64,000 nt of DNA from positions 99,303,900 to 99,367,899 of the forward strand of contig NC_068981.1 of assembly GCF_001194135.2 (NCBI RefSeq). Direction: 5' to 3'. Position 1 is the first letter of the stretch. Every line of letters begins with the position of its first letter. This DNA is from Octopus bimaculoides. Taxonomy: Eukaryota. The notes beneath the pieces were generated by a model. That model was given only the letters and a program-made list of their open reading frames with translations. It had not been told where the DNA came from and ran no database searches. Shown here in pieces: positions 53,607 to 64,000 of the stretch. A program made the translations under genes and the position numbers.

Positions 53607-55482
53607 TATATATGACAGGCTTCTTTCAGTTTCCGTCTACCAAATCTACTCACAAGACCGTTAGTTGAAAGGACCAATGAAACAAAACCATTTTCAAATG
53701 GGTATCCATTAAACTAATTCTATATGTTTGCTTATAATCTTATTCTTGTTCCATTTTAAACAAAACTGTCCAATGAACGGGAACGTGAAACTCTGAGTAG
53801 CAGTTTTTGTGATATTTTAGCTGCTTTTTAATAAAGCATATTACTCTACGTCTGGTAATAGAGTACTATTTTTTCCACCTTGTTTCGCATTTATGTGCTT
53901 ACTCTGGTATACATCTGCATATACATATATATACACACATATATGTATGTACATATACATACATACATATATGTATACACATATATATACATACATATAC
54001 ATACGTATACATATATATATACACACATATNNNNNNNNNNNNNNNNNNNNNNNNNNNNNNNNNNNNNNNNNNNNNNNNNNNNNNNNNNNNNNNNNNNNNN
54101 NNNNNNNNNNNNNNNNNNNNNNNNNNNNNNNNNNNNNNNNNNNNNNNNNNNNNNNNNNNNNNNNNNNNNNNNNNNNNNNNNNNNNNNNNNNNNNNNNNNN
54201 NNNNNNNNNNNNNNNNNNNNNNNNNNNNNNNNNNNNNNNNNNNNNNNNNNNNNNNNNNNNNNNNNNNNNNNNNNNNNNNNNNNNNNNNNNNNNNNNNNNN
54301 NNNNNNNNNNNNNNNNNNNNNNNNNNNNNNNNNNNNNNNNNNNNNNNNNNNNNNNNNNNNNNNNNNNNNNNNNNNNNNNNNNNNNNNNNNNNNNNNNNNN
54401 NNNNNNNNNNNNNNNNNNNNNNNNNNNNNNNNNNNNNNNNNNNNNNNNNTATATAGATAGATAGATAGATAGATAGATAGATGAGGAGGCAGCAATTAAG
54501 TAAGTATGGAACAGTAACATGGATATGATACTCTGGAAGAAACTTGCTCAGATTAGTAAGGAGACTGAAGTGAACTACCTTGACATCATAATCACAGTTG
54601 GAACAGAAAATCTGTTCTCACAGATAAACATCTCATTCTATATAAACAAAAGTGTTTGGCACAGAATAAGTTACATAGCTATTGATGTACAAAGACCATA
54701 AAAGGGAGATAAGTAAGATATGGAGTATAAAAGCAAAAAGAAGTATGAATAATAAATAACTGGTGCAATGGATATGAAAAAAGGGAATGTGAATAAAAAT
54801 ATAAACCTCACACTAAAATTCACAACTTACACACAGTCCATGAAACAGTCTAACTAGAGACAGTACACATTAACAAAGCGCTATGTAACGAAATAAGCTG
54901 ATATAAGTTTTATGATCAGATGGAGGAAAAATAAGAGACTTTTGTTAGGTTTATTACATTTACATTATTTTCTGATAGTAATATCACAGAAACAGATTAA
55001 CAGTAATATAGACTGTTTAGAAGTTGTCAAGAAATGTCAGTTATGTTCAAGAGAAAAAAATGGTTTTTCTGATAAGGGAAAAGTCGTGATTACATGTTAA
55101 CATCAGTTATCTAATTTTGAACACAGCTGTCAAATGAAAGTTTTGAATTACAGACTAAAAGATAAAGAAATAAATTAAGGAACTTCTGTCAGAAAGTAAG
55201 GCAAATATTTAGTCAAAAGCCCTAAACAATCAATTAAAATATTATGTGTGGGTGGTGGTAGTGGTTGCGACAGTGGTGGTAACATTTAATATTGTAAGAG
55301 ATGGCTTTTGAATGGCATCTTTGAGAGAGGGAAAGATGTAGCACTTGATGGAAATTAGGTCATGATTGAAAAGTTATGAGTAAATAAAACTTTTACAGCC
55401 AGCTGGAATGCTTCAACTGGTGTTCACAGAAGACTGATAGCACTATCTATATTTTGATGCTAGATATATACCTAGTTGTTAT

Positions 55483-55866
55483 TTTCAATTGCTGCGGGTG
55501 GCACATAAAATACACCATTTTGAGCGTGGCTGTTGCCAGTACCACCTGACTGGCCTTCGTAGGATTTTCGAGCGAGATCGTTGCCAGTGCCCCTGGACTG
55601 GCTCTTGTGTGGGTGGCACATAAAATACACCATTTTGAGCGTGGCCATTGCCAGTACCGCCTGACTGGCCTTCGTGCGGGTGACACGTAAAAGCACCCAC
55701 TACACTCTCTGAGTGGTTGGCGTGAGGAAGGGCATCCAGCTGTAGAAACTCTGCCAAATCAGATTGGAGCCTGGTGTTGCCATCCGGTTTCACCAGTCCT
55801 CAGTCAAATCATCCAACCCATGCTAGCATGGAAAGCGGACGTTAAACGATGATGATGATGATGATG
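55483..55866 (+). mobile_element. Young (GAT)n-tailed retroposon (probably RTE-mobilised SINE)
   Basis: 3' end ...CCAACCCATGCTAGCATGGAAAGCGGACGTTAAACGATGATGATG is nearly identical at 46048-46155 (+) and 17641-17792 (-). Older copies at about 3140-3420, 4940-5230, 6430-6725, 16360-16510, 33120-33520, 45300-45530 and 59100-59340. Confidence 0.75.
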
Positions 55867-56622
55867 TTGTTTAACATTAAGTTGAGCCAGGTCAAGCAGA
55901 CCTATAATCATAGACATTCCAGCCATGATCATCATACTTTTTAAAGGCAGATATAATGTACCTTAAACTACATTATCCAATATGTCTTTTAGCCACCTTT
56001 AACATTATATATGAACAAATTCAGTAAGTTACTAGAAAGGGTAGGATCAGAAACTGAAATGCTGAGTTGTTAGAGTATGATAATAACTCTCTTGATGAGC
56101 TCTTACTCAACAACATCCTACTTGAATATTTATTTAAATTATAAAAGTAAAGACTTAATTAATATTAGTTGTGTAAAATAAATTCTAAACATTCATAACA
56201 ATTGCCTTAAAAGTTTAATCACAACAATGTCTCAATGATGTACATGTGAGTGCTTGTTCATTCACTGTCATATTGATGTGCACATGTAATATTTTTACAT
56301 TCTCTCTTACTCTGTCATCTAATTCATTATGAATTAATTTAAATATGGAATTACTTGTCTATTTCTTCACTCGTATCATGCCTTACCACCTTAAGAAAAA
56401 TATAAAAGGGATCATATTAGATAATATGGTCCTAGATATACTAGGGTTGAAGGAGGGATAGGATAATGACAGCTGGGATGTTTTTAATTATAGATCAGTT
56501 CAGTCTTGGCTGAACTGGGCTTAAACAGCATCAACACTTCTCATCAGTCTAGAGATGCTTCCAAGAGCCATAAGTACTTTCACATATCGATTGAACTAAA
56601 TAAATAAATAAGGTATACTTAC

Positions 56623-56734
56623 AGGATAGAATGTAGAACACTGTAGGTCCTTGTTCAAAGTCATTTAACTGCAACAGTTTCTCTACCTCTTCATTGGTAA
56701 ATCGACCATGGAACAGTTCTCGTAAACGTAGAAC
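56623..56734 (-). CDS. SHFL: Shiftless (SHFL/C19orf66/RyDEN) homologue, most 5' exon found
   Basis: Minus strand ttgtag|GTT CTA CGT...TCC T|gtaagt. VLRLRELFHGRFTNEEVEKLLQLNDFEQGPTVFYILS resembles the vertebrate SHFL N-terminal VRRLREKFHGK (recalled). 112 nt, ends in phase 1. Confidence 0.8.
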
Positions 56735-56782
56735 CTACAACACAAAAAAAATTGGAGGATGTATGTATGTATTAATATACTC

Positions 56783-57426
56783 TCTCTTTTACTCTTTTAC
56801 TTGTTTCAGTCATTTGATTGTGGCCATGCTGGAGCACCGCCTTTAGTCAAGCAAATCAACCCTGGGACTTATTCTCTGTGAGCCCAGTACTTATTCTATC
56901 AGTCTCTTTTGCCGAACCACTAAGTTACAGGGACATAAACACACCAGCATCGGTTGTCAAGCAATGCTAGGGGGACAAACACAGACACACACACATATAT
57001 ATACATATATACGACAGGCTTCTTTCAGTTTCTGTGTACCAAATCCACTCACAAGGCTTTGGTCGGCCCGAGGCTATAGTAGAAGACACTTGCCCAAGAT
57101 GCCACGCAGTGGGACTGAACCCGGAACCATGTGGTTGGTAAGCAAGCTACTTACCACANNNNNNNNNNCACTAAGTTACAGGGACATAAACACACCAGCA
57201 TCGGTTGTCAAGCAATGCTAGGGGGACAAACACAGACACACACACATATATATACATATATACGACAGGCTTCTTTCAGTTTCTGTGTACCAAATCCACT
57301 CACAAGGCTTTGGTCGGCCCGAGGCTATAGTAGAAGACACTTGCCCAAGATGCCACGCAGTGGGACTGAACCCGGAACCATGTGGTTGGTAAGCAAGCTA
57401 CTTACCACACAGCCACTCCTGCGCCT
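56783..57426 (-). mobile_element. Abundant octopus-type tRNA-SINE (about 400 bp), partly duplicated across a 10-N gap
   Basis: Head AGGCGCAGGAGTGGCTGTGTGGTAAG...GGTTCAGTCCC, internal CA/TA microsatellite, tail ...CAGTCAAATGACTGAAACAAGTAAAAGAG. Other copies at about 372-566 (+), 7560-7890 (-), 18950-19110 (-), 36070-36330 (-), 45810-46385 (+) and 53340-53655 (-). Confidence 0.8.
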
Positions 57427-57439
57427 ATATATATATATA

Positions 57440-57645
57440 TTGGTCTAAGGTCTAAAATTCTGACACAAGGCCAGCAATTTTGGGTGGGTAGGTAAGTCAA
57501 TTACATCGACCCCAGTACCCAAATGATACTTATCTTATTGACCCTGAAAGAATAAAAGGCAAAGTTGACCTTGGTGGAATTTTAACTCAGAAAGTAAAAG
57601 CATTTTGCCCAGGATGCTATTGATACTGCCAGCTCACTGCCTTTA
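57440..57645 (-). mobile_element. Second tRNA-SINE family (GTCGATTACATCGACCCCAG core)
   Basis: Shared core ...ATTACATCGACCCCAGT...GAAAGGATGAAAGGCAAAGTCGACCTCGG. Related copies at about 17830-18045, 44270-44540 and 58210-58340. Confidence 0.6.
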
Positions 57646-59769
57646 TATTAATGTGTATACTAAATGGTGATGTTAATGGTAGAGATAGTGAGGCTGGTAT
57701 AGCGTTAATGGTGATGGAGGTGATGATGTGATAGAGTGATGGTGGAGATGGTGAGTTTCATAAAATTTAAAACAGAGCTTCCTTGAAATTACTCAGTGTG
57801 TTTAAACATCTTTAAAAACAAAAACAACTTAAAATATCCTCTTCACTTCCTTTACAATGAGTTAGAGCAATAGAGCATATAGAGGAGCCCTTGACGTTGA
57901 TACTGTTGATACCACTTTGAAATTTGGAAGGCTATTGTCTGTAGGTAAATCACGGACAATATGGGAGCAAGGTCTAAAATGGTTTGGAATTGAGGAGGTA
58001 CACATCAGAAGAGGATGAAGAGAAGAGTAATACAAAGGTTACTTTAACTTCAGTTAATAATTTCAAGTACAAAACTTTAACCCTTTACCATTCAGATTAC
58101 TCTGTCAAATCTAACATTTATTTACTGTTTCCAAAACAATTATGCTATGAGATTTCAATGATGTGAATGCTTATTTTCTTTTTATATTTACTTCTTTATT
58201 TCTCACAGGGGGCTAAACATAGAGGGGACAAACAAGGACAGACAAAGGGATTAAGTCGATTACCTCGATCCCCAGTGCATAATTGGTACTTATTTAATTG
58301 ACTCCGAAAGGATGAAAGGCAAAGTCAACCTCGGCAGAATTTTTTTGATATTGTAGGGTAGGTATGAGAGGCTGGATCTAGCTGGTTTAAACATAAAACA
58401 GGTAGAATGTGGCCAGTTTAATCCTTTAGCATTTAAACTAACCATCACTGACTAAAATAATCTACCAATTTTATCTTCAAACTAGCCAGATCTGGCCTCT
58501 CACATTTACCTTACAATATTATTCTAAAAATAAACAATCACATCATTGAATTCTCAAAGCTATGACATGATGCATAAATAATGTAAAACAATGTGAATAA
58601 ATAAGCATTACATTTGACAGAGAAATCGGAATGGTAAGAGATTAAATGCTTTAGAGTTAAAGATGGAATGTCTGTAATAAGATAGAATACTTATATCTAG
58701 AAAATTGATCAGATCCTGACGCCTGTCTCAAAATGACACAGTTAGACATCTAATATTGTCACATCTAATGAGATCAAAGCTTGATAGACTGCTTCTATCT
58801 GAAAATTATGAGATAGATGGGTTCTCTCAATAATATCAAGCAAAACCTCAAGAGTGAAACACTTTAATAGCCTAATGTATATCTTTCAACTCCTATGAAA
58901 TATAGTAAGAAAAGTGAGATAGCTATCTTATCTTATAAGAGACATTAAAAATATAAACTGTATCCTTTAAGCAAACTAGTCTAAAAAAGCAAATTGCAAA
59001 GAGATTAATTTTAAAATAAACAATATAAGAATATCTAGTACAACATATAAAAATTTCTTATATAGACACAAGGCTACATATTTTGGAGGAGAGTAGGGAT
59101 CATAATCATCATCACAACAACAACAATGTCCACTTTTCCATGCTTGCATGGGTTGGATGGAGTTTATTGAGGCAGATTTTCTACAGCCAGATGCACTCCC
59201 TATCACCAATCCTTACCTGTTTCCAAGTAAAGTCATATTTCTTCATAGCCAGACATATTCTCACAGAATAATGGAAATGAATGGCACTGTTTCTATGACA
59301 ATGATAATCATTTTACAACTATCACGTGATGTCAAGAGAAGGAGAAACAAACAAACACACACACACACACACACATATATATACACATAGTTAATGATTA
59401 AATCCTAAACGCGACTGGTACTTTATTTTATCAAGCTCAGAAAGATGAAAGTTAAAGTTGTGCTTCATGGGATTTGAACTACAATGTATGTTATCTCAAG
59501 CTTTAATGATTCTACAAATATACAACATTATACAATAAATACTATATTATACTGTAGTCAAATGTTAAACAAATAAACAGCAGTGCTCCAGCATGGCTGA
59601 AGCTTCAAGCTGAAACTGATAAAAGTAGGAAGCAGAAAAATTAATGTTTGAGCCAATAAAATAGACAACACAGAAACGTATATACATAATATTCAGATCA
59701 GATTGATAAAACAGGAAGGAAAAAAACAACACTGAAATTTTATTAAGGAAGCTGTTGTAAACATAGGTT

Positions 59770-60110
59770 TGGGATAATATAAAATAATAATGATAATGAA
59801 ATTATAAGTGTAGAGTTGTAGTGCTCAGGTGCACTACAACTCATCAAAGGTGCATGTATAGTACCTTTGTCAGGAAAGTGAATAGTGTATGAGACATGAT
59901 ATACATGTGTGTATGCATATGGAGCAGGGGGGTTGATATCAGGTGTAGTGTAGTGTTGGCGAATTTCAGGAAGCATGGAGTTTTTAAAGGATGCAGTGTC
60001 TTGGCAACTAACAACTGTTCCATGTTTCAGCAACTCTGAATGTGAAAAAAATGTTTCCAAAAGACATGGGAGCTGTGCTGTTTTCTGACTTTGTAGGTAT
60101 GCCCATGTGT
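59770..60110 (-). mobile_element. 3' end of a CR1/L2-like LINE
   Basis: Minus strand (T)HGHTYKVRKQHSSHV...KHFF...RVAETWN, the CR1-type RGH..KL....RK.FF..RV...WN motif. Followed by a 3' stem-loop at 59813-59842 and an A/T-rich tail. Confidence 0.7.
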
Positions 60111-60185
60111 GTTAGACACATGGGCATACCTACAAAGTCAGAAAACAGCACAGCTCCCATGTCTTTCGGAAACATTTTTTCACAT
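60040..60185. repeat. 146-bp near-perfect palindrome (71/70-bp arms, 5-nt loop)
   Basis: Arms differ only by one A in a homopolymer run and one A/G substitution. Loop GTTAG at 60111-60115. Confidence 0.95.
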
Positions 60186-60229
60186 GGAGCTCAAGAAGGT
60201 GCTCAAGGTGGTTGTTAGCACAAAAGATA

Positions 60230-63000
60230 AGAAAGCTTATCCAGAAATGACTTAGAAGTTCAACTCTTTAAATACAAACAACTACCACAAAAAAAAAAAA
60301 AAATGAAGATAAAGTAAAATCCATCAATGAAGAGATCAACCAAGAAATTAGCAAAATGACCCAAGGCCCCGATCAAGAGAAGATCTCCAAACTATGGAAA
60401 GAGGATTGTGATAAAGAAGAACTGAAATCCCTCCAACGCTGAGAGAAAAGCGCCTCTTGGTTCTCAAACTATGAAACGATCTTTCAAACAGAGCACGCTT
60501 CCAACAACCCTTTTCTCAAAATAAGAAAATTAAAACAACACTCAAACACTGATTCACATCTATCTAGAAAACGGAACCATCACCCCTACCAAAAAAAGAA
60601 TACAGGACCCAACCCTAACTTTGTAAGCCACCAGCGATACAATATCGGGAGTACACCAACTTCAAACAGAGAAAGGAAAAATCACTACCCGCAGGATAGA
60701 CATTGCAACCTCCTCCCCGCACAAGGAGTTACCAATGAAATTTTCATTCCAACAATCTACTAAACAACCATGCACAACAAACCCGCACATGCAATAATTA
60801 CCAACGACGCCACCCCCCTAAAACACCATATCAGAACATGGAATATCGAGACACACCTTTCAATACCGTTCCAAGAACCTGTACCATAAATCACAACACA
60901 GCACCCTGCAACAATAAGGAACAACTACATAACAGCTACCGTCCCAACCACCACAATAATTTTTTAGACCAATACGCAAACACAGAGACATGAGATAGCA
61001 CCAAACAGGCAGGAGGAACCAAAAGTGATAAAAATTATCAATCTAATTCACAAAGAACTAACTGCAAACCAAATCAATATACTCTCCAAAGGGCTCAAGT
61101 TTACACCCAGCCCACGACGCCCCAACTACAATGAAATGAAAGAAGACATCGTGGAATTCTGTAGAAAATTATGACTTGCTGAGGAGCTATACAACAAATA
61201 CAACAAGGATGAATCACTGGTTCGAAATAGAAGTAACTACACCCCCTCAAAAGGTAAGAACAAAACTCTTGATCATTTCTGTGAACACATCTCGAATTAC
61301 CTATATCAACATATGCACAAACCAAACTTCAGCAAAAAAGAATGGGCTGAGTTGAACAAATTAAAAGACGACAAAACAATAACAGACATAATAATCAAAG
61401 TCCCTACTCCTAATTAGCTCAAATTGAGACCTATAATAGCAGATCCCGCATGTGAAACCCACCACCTCAGTAACTTTTTAGATACCCTCTTAAAACCATT
61501 CCTCAAGCTTGTCAAAAGCTACATAAGGAATGACCTGAATATGCTCAATCACCTTCCTGAAACAATAAACAAAAAACACCCTACTAGTATCCTTCGATGT
61601 AGTCAACTTCTATTCCAATATCCCCCACAACCTAGGAATAGAGGCAATTCAATTCTGGTGAGAGAATTATGCCAACGAACTCCCACATCACATCAAAAAA
61701 GAATTCATGATAGAAGAGCTAAAATTTATCTTCAAAGACAACTTCTATTGACAAAAATTAGGGACTGCAATGGGTACGAGAATGGTCCCCTCCTTTGCTA
61801 ACCTAGTCATTAGATATCTAGAAAAATACGGCAGCTCATTCTGCCTCTACATGGAAAATAACTGGAAGAAATATCTGGATGACTGTTTCACTCTTTGGCA
61901 TGAAAGTATAGAGAGACTTAAAGAATTTCAAGCACTTATAAATGGACTTGACGTAAACATTCAATTTACGATGGAATATAGCCATCAACAACTTCCCTTC
62001 CTCACCATCCTCATTAAGAAATCTAACAACGTAATAGAAACAAATATATACTATAAGCCCACGAACTCCAAGCAATATCTACCATTCAACTCATGCCACC
62101 CCAGACACGCCAGAATGAATATCCCTTTCAACCTAGCAAAAAGGATCTGTACTATAGTTTCTAATGCAAGCACCAGGGACACACAACTACATGAACTAAA
62201 AGATACACTCATCACCAAGAACTACCCACCTTCACTAATGGACATATGCTTTCAACGTGCCCTACAACACAACATCCCAAATTAGAGAAGGATTTACGAC
62301 TAAAAGGCCTACCATACATCTCCACGTACAACCCTCTTAACAATAAAGCCACCTTCATCCTTCAAAACATTCCCCCGCTAAAAAAGGACCACAGAATGAA
62401 CTTAATCCTCCAAACACACACCATCATAAAAAGCAAGAGACAGCCCAAATCTATGAAAAGTGTCCTAACACAAGCCTGAATACGCTCAACAACAACACTG
62501 AAGCCATCAGTAAAAAAATGCAGAAGACCCAACTGTGGGATATGTGTCAATTTAATTGAGGGATCAGAGTTCTCCTTCAAACAGGGACAACGTTTTACAG
62601 TGAAAAGCAGCTTCACATGTGTTTCGGAGAACCTGATATACACACTAACTTGCTCTGGGTGTCAAGAGCAATACATAGGCCAAACAAAAGACAGTCTACG
62701 TAAAAGGATGGCTCTGCACAAATCCCAGATCAAAATTAAAAAAAAACAGAAAAATAGCATTCAGCCAATAACAAAGATCCAAGCTTCAGAATTTTTCCCC
62801 TCTATCAATTCAGGGATGATACAACCTGTAGCCAACGAATTAGTAAAGAGCCTTTCTTTATCACAGAATACAGACCCTTTTGAACACATCTACAACAAAT
62901 GACATATCCACCACAACCTTAGAATAACACACACAAGTATTAAAAATGATACATTCAAAAGAGATACCCAAGAATTCATTAAAAAACAGTCCCACTCACT
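60230..63000 (+). mobile_element. Penelope-like retroelement (RT plus GIY-YIG endonuclease), frameshifted
   Basis: RPIIADPACETHHLSNFLD, MGTRMVPSFANL, YLDDCF (RT), YYKPTNSKQYL, then FTCVSENLIYTLTCSGCQEQYIGQT (GIY-YIG). Confidence 0.88.
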
Positions 63001-63598
63001 GCTATAATCCACAATGAGCCACTTTTATGTCACTTGACCATTTAACATCCTACTACTATCATACCATCTCCCACATTCTTCTTTTATTATTCTTTCTGTT
63101 CTTCTCCTTCTTCGTCTTCTTCTTCTCCACCACCTCCTTTCTTACTTTACTACTACTGCTGTCTAGAATAACACCTACACAAATATTATAAACAATACAT
63201 TCAAAGAAAAGTGAATCACAGGATTAACTAATATAAAATGAAACAAACTGATGTTTAAGAAATAGATTCGAGAGTGAAAATACCTATGATCAATGTAGAT
63301 TGTAGTCTTATTGACTAGTTATAGATTATATGATGTATGAAGATTACTTGGATTGGATTGGATTGCCTATGTTCACTCCCCTGTAGGATGCAGGCCTCAG
63401 CATGTCTTCTCCACCAACCATGGTCTGATGTGCACAGTGGCCCGGGAACAAAATTTGCTTAGGGGGTGCAAACTCAGTTTCAAAATTTAGCACTACTGGA
63501 GAAGTGTGGATCCGAGTTCTGGGAGTATGCATGTCACAAATTTGCGCATGTGCCAGTGTTAGTCGTAAGTAGTCAAATTTAGCACACAGGTAAAACAC

Positions 63599-63891
63599 GA
63601 GGGTGGGTTATCCATCTAATATAAGAAGAAAATTGCAGATTAATTGAATAAAAACATGAAAAATAACAAAATAACATTTCATTGAAAAGTAAACCATTCT
63701 GAAAGATAGTTCAGAATGTTTTCAAAACATTCATCTCCAGCTTTTCCCATATTTTATTAAGGGTTAGGGATTAGGGTTAGGGTTTAAAGTTAGGGGAGGT
63801 GAATGTTTTTTCAGTATTCAATGATTATTTTTCACTTTTATATTCAACTTATCTGCAATTTTCTTTTTGTATTACATGGATAACCTCGCTC
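63599..63891. mobile_element. Fold-back MITE with about 50-bp TIRs and central TTAGGG-like repeats
   Basis: Left GGTTATCCATCTAATATAAGAAGAAAATTGCAGATTAATTGAATA matches the reverse complement of the right end. Centre AAGGGTTAGGGATTAGGGTTAGGGTTTAAAGTTAGGGG. Confidence 0.65.
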
Positions 63892-64000
63892 CTTTTACAG
63901 CAAGTAGCACGCGTCCGAACATTCAAATGTCAGTTTACCAAGAAAGAAATAATGAAGCTATAAGTAGTGTTAAAATGGAAGTAAGCCGAGTTTTTGCATC

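Noticed and set aside
55483-55690. Direct repeats with spacers that superficially resemble a CRISPR array
   Set aside because: Only about 1.5 copies of a 114-bp unit inside a eukaryotic retroposon, with no cas genes.
56919-57408. Exact tandem duplication of about 240 bp of SINE across a 10-N gap
   Set aside because: Identical sequence on both sides of a minimal scaffold gap is typical of unmerged contig overlap, not a biological duplication.
63344-63598. 84-aa minus-strand ORF as a possible SHFL first exon
   Set aside because: No SHFL similarity. The only nearby donor (CAA|GTAATC) is phase 2 in this frame, and the phase-0 frame has a stop and no ATG.
63901-63984. Possible plus-strand exon (MSVYQERNNEAISSVKME|gtaagc) of a neighbouring gene
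   Set aside because: Too short, no recognisable homology, and at the window edge, so it cannot be supported.

Overview
AT-rich, repeat-dense metazoan genomic DNA with 8 assembly gaps. The SINE/LINE families suggest an octopus-like cephalopod (recognised from memory, not searched). It holds three intron-containing genes. (1) The last two exons of AMDHD1/imidazolonepropionase (+, 678-1796). (2) A nearly complete adenosylhomocysteinase gene, AHCY (+, 14047-33831): 8 coding exons found, a GC-AG first intron, and about 65 codons missing, probably in the 32005-32237 gap. (3) A convergent homologue of the vertebrate interferon-stimulated frameshift inhibitor Shiftless (SHFL/C19orf66/RyDEN; -, 56734-37817): 6 exons joining in frame to 333 codons, with the start exon not found. 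Introns and spacers contain a decayed full-length Ty3/gypsy element, Tc1 and pogo DNA transposons, RTE/CR1 LINE and Penelope-like remnants, many tRNA-SINEs and MITEs. The most unusual items are the cephalopod SHFL with a long tail carrying an LxxIxE motif, a tRNA-SINE with a minimal hammerhead-like core bracketed by inverted tails, and several near-perfect hairpins in and around SHFL. Exon coordinates were derived by hand from splice sites and frame. Most repeat boundaries are approximate.
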